From: Candidatus Thorarchaeota archaeon
Lineage (GTDB): Archaea; Asgardarchaeota; Thorarchaeia; Thorarchaeales; Thorarchaeaceae
Assembly: GCA_016840855.1 (NCBI GenBank)
Contig: JAEORO010000255.1
Coordinates: forward strand, 1-39,506
Reading direction: 5' to 3'
Length of the DNA: 39,506 nt
Below the pieces are notes generated by a model that searched no databases, was not told the origin of the DNA, and saw only the letters and a list, made by a program, of their open reading frames with translations. This document shows positions 28,522 through 37,070 of this stretch, piece by piece. A program made the translations under genes and the position numbers. Within the stretch, counting starts at the first letter, position 1. Each line of letters begins with the position of its first letter.

Positions 28522-29286
28522 TCACTCGTATAAGTTATCGCCGCCTGCAAAAATACGTTGCATCTCTCCATACAACACATCAATTCCAGTCATTTCTTTT
28601 GCAGAAACTGGCACAATAGCAGTTGCAGTATCCAGTGATTCGAGCATCTCCATGATGGACCTAGAATATTCTCTCCTTAGTCCTTCTGAAGAGGATTCAA
28701 GAGATTCCTCAAGTAGATACAATTCAGAACCCCAGTCTACAATCTCTTCTACTTCCTTCTCAGTTAGAATGTCTGGTTTGCTCAAGACATTTAATTGTGG
28801 GAGACCAAATCGAATGCTAATTGAAATTCCGAGGAGTGTAGATGAAAGATATCCAGTTGGAGTACGCGCTATATTAGAATCAAGCAGATAGAGAGAAAGT
28901 GCTGGGTCATCACCTCTTAGACTAGATACCATCAAAGGTCCCGAGTTACGATATGCAAAAAGCTCCATCTGTCCTGGACAGTCTACAAGCACATAGTCAC
29001 GGTCTGTATCAATAATTTCATCTCTCATATCGTTGACACTACTAACTGCCATATCTAATGAAGCCACCAGAGCTCCATTCGGACCCAAACCAAATGATCT
29101 CATAACTTCGCCATAGTCAACATATTCTCTGATATCAATATCACTTGTATATGGAGGCGAGTCCACACCTGGATCAAGATTCACAACAGCCACACTCAGA
29201 TCTGACCCTACCAGCCACTTTTCAAGGGATGAGGTGAGTAATGACTTTCCTGAACCAGCTGTGCCAACAATGAATGTGAAATACAT
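28522..29286 (-). CDS. GPN-loop GTPase
   Basis: GTAGSGKS; VNLDP; DIR; LGPNG; DCPGQMELF; VLSKPD; VSA. Confidence 0.95.
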   Translation of the reverse strand: MYFTFIVGTAGSGKSLLTSSLEKWLVGSDLSVAVVNLDPGVDSPPYTSDIDIREYVDYGEVMRSFGLGPNGALVASLDMAVSSVNDMRDEIIDTDRDYVLVDCPGQMELFAYRNSGPLMVSSLRGDDPALSLYLLDSNIARTPTGYLSSTLLGISISIRFGLPQLNVLSKPDILTEKEVEEIVDWGSELYLLEESLESSSEGLRREYSRSIMEMLESLDTATAIVPVSAKEMTGIDVLYGEMQRIFAGGDNLYE

Positions 29287-29437
29287 CTATAGTACCGACA
29301 CGAATTGTTAAAGCAAGCTCTTTGAGTTCTTCGGTACGATATCATCTTTCTACAAACTCATCACTTTCAAATTAACCAGCTTCATACAAATTGGTATTTA
29401 CACAACTCTTATAGCGATTCTAAAAGGCTGAGATATT

Positions 29438-30181
29438 ATGGATAATAGTGAGGCTCTCCGAAGGCTAGCAGAAGCAATGGCTGGTGAGATATGCCTCGCA
29501 GAGAATGATCCTGGCGCTGTCATGCGACGATGGCGCGAAAGATTTCATATCTCACAAAAAAATCTCGCCAAGTATCTTAATGTTTCACCTTCTGTCATAA
29601 GCGATTATGAGAGTGGTAGACGAAAATCACCTAGAGTTGAAACCATCAAACGGTTTGTCGAAGGTTTGATTGAGATGGACGCATCTGATGGTGGAAGGGT
29701 AGCTATGGCATTGGAGAAGTTGATTGCTCCCGAAATATCCTCTGATGCAATTCTTGACAGTCGCGAATTTGGATTTCCAATCCCTTCTCGGTTGCTTGTA
29801 GAACACCTCAACTGCAAAGTCCTTACTCATAGGAATTTACTTGATAGGGATATCTATGGCTATACAGCACTTGATAGTATCAAAGCTATTGTTAGTCTCA
29901 CTCCGCAGCAGCTTCTCCGACTTTATGGTGGAACAACTCAACGTGGAGCTATCCTCACTAACGTTACTACTGGCCGTTCTCCAATGGTCGCAATCAAAGC
30001 CAGCCAAATTGGTACTTCTGCTGCAGTAAAACCAGCTGTAGTGATACTTCAAGGAGTGAAAGAGTTAGATCCACTCGCTATCCGAATAGCTGATAGTATA
30101 CATCTACCTTTATGTATATCTGAAATAAGTACAGCAGAAGAATTGGTACGAGAAATTCGGTCATTTAACCCTCAGATGTAA
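29438..30181 (+). CDS. XRE-HTH transcriptional regulator with DRTGG-like C-terminal domain (archaeal COG1709-type)
   Basis: AGEI...PG.VMRRWRE.F..SQ..LA..L.VSPSVISDYESGRRKSP; YGYT.LDS.KAI; VTTGRSPMVAI. Confidence 0.85.
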   Translation: MDNSEALRRLAEAMAGEICLAENDPGAVMRRWRERFHISQKNLAKYLNVSPSVISDYESGRRKSPRVETIKRFVEGLIEMDASDGGRVAMALEKLIAPEISSDAILDSREFGFPIPSRLLVEHLNCKVLTHRNLLDRDIYGYTALDSIKAIVSLTPQQLLRLYGGTTQRGAILTNVTTGRSPMVAIKASQIGTSAAVKPAVVILQGVKELDPLAIRIADSIHLPLCISEISTAEELVREIRSFNPQM

Positions 30182-30206
30182 TACTCATTAAAGAAGGTGA
30201 AATATA

Positions 30207-31502
30207 TTGAAATTTTCTATGGAAATCAATGATCCAATCCATGGTTTTATCGGTATTACTGAAACTGAGGCTAAAATCATCAATTCACTTCCCTATCAGA
30301 GACTACGAAGAATCAAGCAGCTCTCAGGAGGACATTTTGTTTACCCAACAGCAGAACATACTCGTTTTGGCCATTGTATTGGTGTAATGTACCTTGCAGG
30401 GCTCAGCGGTAGAAGGCTTCTGAGTCGAATGGGACTTGGGGATCAGAAGCTACAAGAAGTAAGAATAGCTGGTCTTCTTCATGATATTGGCCATGGTCCT
30501 TTTAGCCATGTCTTTGAGGAAGTTCTCATAGAAAAACGTGGAATGAATCATGAGGATGTTACAGAGTGGATAATACTCAAGAGTGAGTTGGGTGATTTAC
30601 TAGATGGTGATGGAATTCCAAAGAAAAGAATTGCTGACCTCGTTCGAGGTCGCCAAAAGACCAAGAAAGACGCAATCATTGCTGGTATTGTAGCTGGACA
30701 AATTGACTCTGATAAGATGGATTATCTAATTCGAGACTCGTTTTATTGCGGAGTGAATTATGGGCTTGTAGATATTCACCGCCTGATTAATAGTATTGAA
30801 ATCTCAGAGAATTATCAGATGCAATTTGATATCGCGGCTAGAGGTGCATTAGAATCATTTCTTGTAGCAAGGTATGAGATGTTTCTCAATGTATACTATC
30901 ATAAAACGGTACGCAGTGTCGAAGTGATGTTAGTCAAGCTAATAGAGGCTGCGGATAAAGTCCTTGAACTTACAGGTTTCACAGCTCCTGAAGAATTTCT
31001 AAAATTGGATGATATGTCGCTTATATCCAGAATCCGAACTATAGATTCTACTGAATCAGAAGATGCCAAAGAAGCTGTAAAAATGGTCAATCTTCTTGAT
31101 TCTCGTGTCCTATACAAATCCGCCTTTGAAAAAGTCATTCATACACAAGATCGGTTTGTATCTAAAATACTTACGAAAAAGAAGGTACGCGAGAGCATCC
31201 AAGAAGAAATCGCAACGATAGCAGGAGTCAATTGCGATGAGGTGATAGTTGATGTTCCCACTCTTCCCTCAGTTCCATACAACCCTCACCAGCTTGATCC
31301 TATGGAGATAGGTATTTTTGAGGTGTTCGATGGAAAGAAAGTTTCTCACATTCTCTCAGAGTATTCTAATATTGCAGAAATGATGAAAACATACCTTGAT
31401 GTAATTCGAGTATATACGTTCGACAAGAACCGCGTAAAAGTAGGAAGAGCTGCACGTGAAGTCTTCCAAGAAGTTCCTGATACTGCGCTAATACACATGT
31501 AA
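30207..31502 (+). CDS. HD-domain phosphohydrolase (SAMHD1/dGTPase-like)
   Basis: DPIHG; QRLRRIKQL; HTRFGH; LLHDIGHGPFSH; DSDKMDYL.RD; VYYHK. Confidence 0.93.
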   Translation: MKFSMEINDPIHGFIGITETEAKIINSLPYQRLRRIKQLSGGHFVYPTAEHTRFGHCIGVMYLAGLSGRRLLSRMGLGDQKLQEVRIAGLLHDIGHGPFSHVFEEVLIEKRGMNHEDVTEWIILKSELGDLLDGDGIPKKRIADLVRGRQKTKKDAIIAGIVAGQIDSDKMDYLIRDSFYCGVNYGLVDIHRLINSIEISENYQMQFDIAARGALESFLVARYEMFLNVYYHKTVRSVEVMLVKLIEAADKVLELTGFTAPEEFLKLDDMSLISRIRTIDSTESEDAKEAVKMVNLLDSRVLYKSAFEKVIHTQDRFVSKILTKKKVRESIQEEIATIAGVNCDEVIVDVPTLPSVPYNPHQLDPMEIGIFEVFDGKKVSHILSEYSNIAEMMKTYLDVIRVYTFDKNRVKVGRAAREVFQEVPDTALIHM

Positions 31503-31640
31503 TTTTTTCCAAATATATGGTAGTTAATTGTACATTCAACTTGCAAATGAATCATGCAAATTTCTTCATTCTGTGTGGTGGTTATATAGTCACGATATGG
31601 ATTCTACTTTGAACCCAACTTTCCGTCCGGAGCTGAGGAC

Positions 31641-32588
31641 TTGAGCGACGAGCTAACTGAAACTCTTCAGAATATTAAAACCATCACCGGTGTTGAAAAT
31701 GTCGTCTTAATTCAAAAAGATGGGCTCCCTGTAGCAAGCGCAGGAGTATGGTTCAGTAAAGATGAGGTATTTGCTGTAGCATCCTCCACTTGTGCAATCT
31801 TTGGTGTGGCCAAACTTATACATGGAGATTTTAAGTATCTACTAATGGAATCCGATACATCCAAGGTTTTCCTTGCGTCATTACCAAATGATCCAGACTA
31901 CTTTTTAACAGTTACAACAGCGCCTCGTGTTAATCTAGCAGCATTATTCATTGAGATGAAAGACAGCCTCTCTAGGCTATCTTTCCTTCTTAGACAACAT
32001 GTTGATGGAAGACTTCCTCCACTTCGATCGTATAGTCTTGATGAAACTCAAAAAGTCCTCCGTGGATTTGCTGTAGCTGAAGGTCGTGGTACGAGCTATG
32101 GTCTCTCGCGTTCTATGATTTCACTTGATCGATCTCAAGCACTTAGTCTCAGAGCTCTCTTACGTCAAGTCCATGACTGTATCCCTAACATCGGATCAGT
32201 TTTCCTATCCTTGAGCGGTGGAGTCCGAGTTTCATTAGAAGGATTTACTAATGATCGATTGGCTGCAATGTCTTTCGCACTTCATGATGCATCAGAACGA
32301 GTTGTACGAACACTTCGGAACAGCTCACTTCAAACAGTTCTATGTGAAACGGATGAAACACGCCACTTCATCTATGCGGTTCCAAACGGTGTGTTTAGTT
32401 TATGGGTGGACAAAGATAGTCAGAAGCTTGGTTTGATGAGGCTTTTGCTGAAACACTACATTGATGAAATAAGACGAGTCTTAGCAGCAGCAGCAGCAGT
32501 AAAGCCTGCAGTACCAGATGATTTGAAAGAGTTGCTTTTGTCGGGGGGTTCAGACGGCGGCTTGATGTTAACGAGGAGAGAGCCATGA
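31641..32588 (+). CDS. Tandem roadblock/LC7 (MglB-like) domain protein
   Basis: Two repeats: LQNIKTITGVENVVLIQKDGLPVAS...FAVASS...VNLAALFIEM, and LRQVHDCIPNIGSVFLSLSGG...LAAMS...LGLMRLLL. Confidence 0.8.
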   Translation: MSDELTETLQNIKTITGVENVVLIQKDGLPVASAGVWFSKDEVFAVASSTCAIFGVAKLIHGDFKYLLMESDTSKVFLASLPNDPDYFLTVTTAPRVNLAALFIEMKDSLSRLSFLLRQHVDGRLPPLRSYSLDETQKVLRGFAVAEGRGTSYGLSRSMISLDRSQALSLRALLRQVHDCIPNIGSVFLSLSGGVRVSLEGFTNDRLAAMSFALHDASERVVRTLRNSSLQTVLCETDETRHFIYAVPNGVFSLWVDKDSQKLGLMRLLLKHYIDEIRRVLAAAAAVKPAVPDDLKELLLSGGSDGGLMLTRREP

Positions 32589-33505
32589 CATATTCAATCA
32601 TGAAACTAATTGAACTGATGGACGACCAATTTCCACTCCTACTAAACACAATGTTAGAAAGAATACCAGTAATTGTAGCAGGAGAGGATATCGAGCTAGT
32701 TGATGATATCACAGAAAGTTTGACCACCTTATGCGCCCATCGACACAAATTGGTTTTTTGGCGTGATTTCACATCTGAATCAGAGATTCTAGCAGTATGG
32801 GAGGAAGAAAAACACAACTACGAAGTCAGTAGAACTATTGTGTGTGGTCTATCAGGGAATCTTCGACTCGCTATGGACAGAATCTCACATTTTGCAGGTT
32901 GGATTCTTGCAGTGCCATTAGGTATAACAGTACTAGGAGTGCAAGTAACTGAGGGCACACTTCAAGATGTCACTTCTCAAATTCTAAAAAACTCGGCCAA
33001 CTGCGGAATTTTAAGAGTTAGTTCGCCTTCATCTATAAACTTCTCACTTGTCAGACCTTCAAATAGCAGTCTTGAAGTTGAAAAGAAAATTGTAAACAAA
33101 ATTCTGGTCCGAAAGAAGCAATCACTAGAACGTATTAGACGGCTTCTTACAAAATCACTTCGCGGTCTTAATGTATCAAACCATATCCTTACTGCAGTAC
33201 TCAAACTTGATGATGAATCTGAGAAACTCACACAGGATGTTTTCGAAGAGGAAATCAATAATTATGTTCACGCAGCTCGTAGGGCTGTTACTTTACTGTC
33301 ACGTATCCGACTGGCAAGAGAGCTAGGAGCATCCTCTACCTTAACAGAAAGAAACCTCTATGAGGCCATCGGGTGGGATGGAGGAGAACTACCTGATCTG
33401 ATTCAATTCATTAGAGCCGAATGGCATGAAGATTTCTCTGATTGTGTAAAAAGCGGAGCCTTATCGGGTCTAGGAGCATGGGTAGATAGTATGTGGGGGA
33501 CATAA
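32585..33505 (+). CDS. Hypothetical protein, DENN (cDENN/dDENN)-like
   Basis: FPLLLNTMLERIPVIVAGEDIELVDDITESLTTL matches the helix-strand-helix start of core DENN folds; helical C-terminal half; ATGA overlap with the upstream gene. Confidence 0.55.
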   Translation: MTYSIMKLIELMDDQFPLLLNTMLERIPVIVAGEDIELVDDITESLTTLCAHRHKLVFWRDFTSESEILAVWEEEKHNYEVSRTIVCGLSGNLRLAMDRISHFAGWILAVPLGITVLGVQVTEGTLQDVTSQILKNSANCGILRVSSPSSINFSLVRPSNSSLEVEKKIVNKILVRKKQSLERIRRLLTKSLRGLNVSNHILTAVLKLDDESEKLTQDVFEEEINNYVHAARRAVTLLSRIRLARELGASSTLTERNLYEAIGWDGGELPDLIQFIRAEWHEDFSDCVKSGALSGLGAWVDSMWGT

Positions 33506-33519
33506 TTGGAGGTAAAAAA

Positions 33520-34101
33520 ATGATAATCGACTATGGGAATCGTACAGTAGGACTCAAAATAGTCTTTTTTGGACCTGCAATGAGTGGAAAGACAACTTCG
33601 ATTCGATGGTTATTTTCAACTCTGGACTATGCAGAGAAGCTGACCTCAATAGAAAATACTGTAGGACGAACAATGTTTTGTGATTTTGGTACTATTCCTT
33701 TTTCATTGAGTAATAGCTGGACAATAAATGCGCATATCTGGTCAGCTACAGGTCAAGATTTCTACAGGTCAACGCGAGAGGTTGTGTTAGTTGGAGCTGA
33801 TGGAGTGATTTTTGTTGCAGACTCTCAAAAACATCTTTTAGATGAGAATCTCGCAAGCTGGAATGAGCTAATGTCAATGATTGAAGAAGAAGAACGACCT
33901 CTTCCATTAATTGTATGCCTCAATAAACAAGATCTTCGGGACGCAATCCAAGAAGGACAACTTAGAATGCATTTGAGAATACCGCCATCTATACCCATCT
34001 TCAGAAGTGTAGCAAGGGAAGGTCACAATATCATGGAAGCTTTCCAATATCTTTTTCAAAATGCTATGCGCGCAAGCGTTCTTGCCCAACCAATATCATG
34101 A
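33520..34101 (+). CDS. MglA-like small GTPase (start refined to ATG 33520 after GGAGG)
   Basis: KIVFFGPAMSGKTT; GRTMFCDF; SATGQDFY; GADGVIFVADSQ; NKQDL; SVA. Confidence 0.9.
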   Translation: MIIDYGNRTVGLKIVFFGPAMSGKTTSIRWLFSTLDYAEKLTSIENTVGRTMFCDFGTIPFSLSNSWTINAHIWSATGQDFYRSTREVVLVGADGVIFVADSQKHLLDENLASWNELMSMIEEEERPLPLIVCLNKQDLRDAIQEGQLRMHLRIPPSIPIFRSVAREGHNIMEAFQYLFQNAMRASVLAQPIS

Positions 34102-34233
34102 GCGCGAAACTTGCATGTTGGAAATTACCGAGCAAACCATTTATACGACTAGATATGATTTTAGTCGCAGTTCTAGGCTTGGAGAATATATGTTCCCCCA
34201 AAATTATTTCTGAGGCTGTTGATGTTGGATTCT

Positions 34234-35904
34234 ATGCAAAGAAAACCAAATTTTGTATTCGTTACAGGCGGTGTTCTTTCTGGTATTGGAAAAGGAGTCA
34301 CTACTGCGTCTATTGCTAAACTATTCCAATTTCGTGGATTCAATATTCGAATAATCAAGATTGATCCATATCTGAACATTGATCCTGGTACTCTGAACCC
34401 TATCGAGCATGGAGAGGTTTTTGTAACAGACCAAACTTGGATGTTTCAACCAGTTGATAATTTTGAATTCAGAATATCTGAGATTGACCTTGACTTCGGG
34501 ACTTATGAACGATTCACTGGGTTGGAGGTTCATCCATCTCAGAACATCACATCAGGGCAGATATACCTCTCAGTCATTCTTGAAGAGAGAAAAGGAGGTT
34601 TTCTTGGACGCACAGTTCAAATTATCCCACACATAACAGACAGAATTAAACAAAGAATTTGGGAAGTAGTGAAAAAGGAACCAATACCGGACATTCTTCT
34701 TGTAGAAATTGGCGGTACTGTGGGGGACATTGAAGCAATGCCATTTCTTGAGGCTGTCAGACAGCTTGTTCATGAGCTAGGCCATGCTCGTACTGCTGTT
34801 ATACATGTCACCTTAGTACCCTACATCAAAACTGTAGGAGAGTTCAAGACTAAACCAACTCAGCACAGTGTTAGAACTCTTCAGAGTCTAGGTCTCCAGC
34901 CAGATGTTACCATTTGTAGAGCTGAGAGAAAACTCCCAGACTCTGTGAAGGAAAAAATCGCTTTATTCTGTAATGTCCCAAAAGAACATGTTATTTCGAA
35001 TCCAGATATTCCTGTAATTTATCAACTTCCACTATTATTTGAGGATGAAAATCTTGGAAACATACTGGTTGATTACTTTGGGTTAGAATCAAGAAAACCC
35101 GATATAGAATCTTGGTCTAGGATAGTCCGTTCCTTTGACGAAGCATCTGAAACAGTAACAATCGCAATGCCTGGGAAATATACCACACTTGGTGACTCCT
35201 ACAAGAGTATCAATCAAGCACTAGCAGATGCTGCAGCTGCCTGTAGTGCCAAAGTTGAGATAAAATGGATTGAAACAGAAGAACGAAGTACAGAAGATTG
35301 TTTCACCAGTGACCTATCAAATGTAGACGGAATGCTTCTAACTCCTGGTTTCGGAGAACGTGGCGTTGAAGGTATGATCTGTGCAGCTACAATCGCTTTG
35401 AAATCCAAAATTCCTCTCTTGGGCATCTGCTATGGTGCTCAGCTTTCCACAATTGCATTTGCTAGAGTCATTATGGGTTGGAAAGGAGCTCACACAACAG
35501 AAGTAGACTTTGATAGTCTGTATCCTGTTGTTGATTTGATGGATGAACAAAAGCTTACAGAAGATAAGGGTGGCACAATGCGTCTTGGAAGTCATGATGT
35601 TCACATTATAGAAGGTACTTTATTGCACAAAATTTATGGTGAAACCAAGGTCCGTGAGAGATTTCGTCATAGATATCATTTGATAGATCGTTACCTAACC
35701 AAGATGCAAGAAAAAGGCCTGAAGATTTCAGCCTATGACTCCACTAAGAAAATAATCAACGCAATAGAGCTTGCTAATCATCCTTTTTGGATTGGTGTAC
35801 AATATCATCCAGAGTTCAGGTCTCGGCCCGATAACCCTCATCCTCTTTACTTGGGTCTAATAAGGGCCGCAATTGAATACAAAAAGATGAGAGTGAAGAA
35901 ATAG
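34234..35904 (+). CDS. pyrG: CTP synthase (start refined to ATG 34234)
   Basis: VTGGVLSGIGKG; KIDPYLNIDPGT; EIGGTVGDIE; KTKPTQHSV; GICYG; RHRY; QYHPEF. Confidence 0.97.
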   Translation: MQRKPNFVFVTGGVLSGIGKGVTTASIAKLFQFRGFNIRIIKIDPYLNIDPGTLNPIEHGEVFVTDQTWMFQPVDNFEFRISEIDLDFGTYERFTGLEVHPSQNITSGQIYLSVILEERKGGFLGRTVQIIPHITDRIKQRIWEVVKKEPIPDILLVEIGGTVGDIEAMPFLEAVRQLVHELGHARTAVIHVTLVPYIKTVGEFKTKPTQHSVRTLQSLGLQPDVTICRAERKLPDSVKEKIALFCNVPKEHVISNPDIPVIYQLPLLFEDENLGNILVDYFGLESRKPDIESWSRIVRSFDEASETVTIAMPGKYTTLGDSYKSINQALADAAAACSAKVEIKWIETEERSTEDCFTSDLSNVDGMLLTPGFGERGVEGMICAATIALKSKIPLLGICYGAQLSTIAFARVIMGWKGAHTTEVDFDSLYPVVDLMDEQKLTEDKGGTMRLGSHDVHIIEGTLLHKIYGETKVRERFRHRYHLIDRYLTKMQEKGLKISAYDSTKKIINAIELANHPFWIGVQYHPEFRSRPDNPHPLYLGLIRAAIEYKKMRVKK

Positions 35905-37067
35905 TGGAAAGAACCCTCGATAAACTACTATCAAAATTAGTCGAAGAAATTGAGCACATCGAGGTGACAAGAGAAGGATTTGGGGAAGTTCTCAGAAATA
36001 TCAGAAATCAAATCGATTTGAGTAGATTTCCAGGAATCGCAACAAATATTATCGATAAACAGCTATACACAAAGATAGAACCTACTAGCCTTTCAGGTCT
36101 TCGAATAGCTGGAATAGATGGGGGTTTAGTCCGGAAACGTTTCAGGTCTATGGATTTAGTTTTGACGAGGGGCGTTGCAGTTGTATTTCAATTTGGTGCA
36201 GAAGAAGGTCCTACTGTTGATTTCTATCCAGATGCTTTTCCAGAACCAAAAATCAGTCCATTACTTCTAACACTGTCTGCAATAGAGCTGGAACAGCTTG
36301 CTTCACTAGAGCGTATTGCAGCGGAACTTAAAGTTGCGTTGTCAATTCTTGAGGAATACCGTTCAGATTTGGTTCTTCTCGATGGATCGTTGTTTTATCA
36401 TCCTAGAGACCGCCCTCCAGCTGGATCTATCGTTTATGAGAAGTTTCAAGAAATCCTATCATTGTATAAACAACTATATCACAAAGCTCGGAAAAAAGGC
36501 ACAACTTTAGTAGGCATAATCAAAGATAGTAAATCAACACGAGTCGCGGCTATAATGGGAGAGATACTACCACACATTGTTCGAAAACCTGCTATTTTTG
36601 AAATGATGCAAGGTGTTGACTATAGATGGCTGCTCAAGATATCAAGAGACTGTGATTTACTTGACACATTTCTTGAACAAGGAGAGCGGTCTTTCGTCTT
36701 CCGATACTCATCAGAACTACTCTACAATGCAAACTCAATGAGTGACACTTCTTCGAACTGGGCATCATCAATCTGGGTCACTTATCTGAAAACAGCAAGA
36801 GATGATTTGCCAATAAGAGTAGAGTTCCTTTCAGCAGGGGATGATGAAACAACCACTGATAGATTAAACAAGGCATTATCAGCAATACTTCCACTTTCAT
36901 CTCAACACCCCGAATATGGTATTCCTGCTCCGATTCTTGAAGCTGATGCTCGAGCAAAGATAACTGCAAATGAAACTCGTTTAATCATAGACCGGCTAAT
37001 GGCACTTTCTGGACTCACTTACCTGACCCTTGAAAAAAGACGTTCAAGAAACCCGTTTGGAGGCTAA
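35904..37067 (+). CDS. nurA: NurA-family 5'-3' nuclease
   Basis: IAGIDGG; LLDGS; VGIIKDS; YGIPAPILEAD.RAKI; upstream of herA. Confidence 0.9.
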   Translation: MERTLDKLLSKLVEEIEHIEVTREGFGEVLRNIRNQIDLSRFPGIATNIIDKQLYTKIEPTSLSGLRIAGIDGGLVRKRFRSMDLVLTRGVAVVFQFGAEEGPTVDFYPDAFPEPKISPLLLTLSAIELEQLASLERIAAELKVALSILEEYRSDLVLLDGSLFYHPRDRPPAGSIVYEKFQEILSLYKQLYHKARKKGTTLVGIIKDSKSTRVAAIMGEILPHIVRKPAIFEMMQGVDYRWLLKISRDCDLLDTFLEQGERSFVFRYSSELLYNANSMSDTSSNWASSIWVTYLKTARDDLPIRVEFLSAGDDETTTDRLNKALSAILPLSSQHPEYGIPAPILEADARAKITANETRLIIDRLMALSGLTYLTLEKRRSRNPFGG

Positions 37068-37070
37068 CCA

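Noticed and set aside
32483-32499. (GCA)5 microsatellite
   Set aside because: It simply encodes a poly-Ala run in frame
34098-34319. 73-aa ORF overlapping the GTPase stop (ATGA) as a fourth operon gene
   Set aside because: It overlaps pyrG by ~86 nt in another frame, spans the likely pyrG TATA (TTTATA at ~34140), and has no recognisable motif
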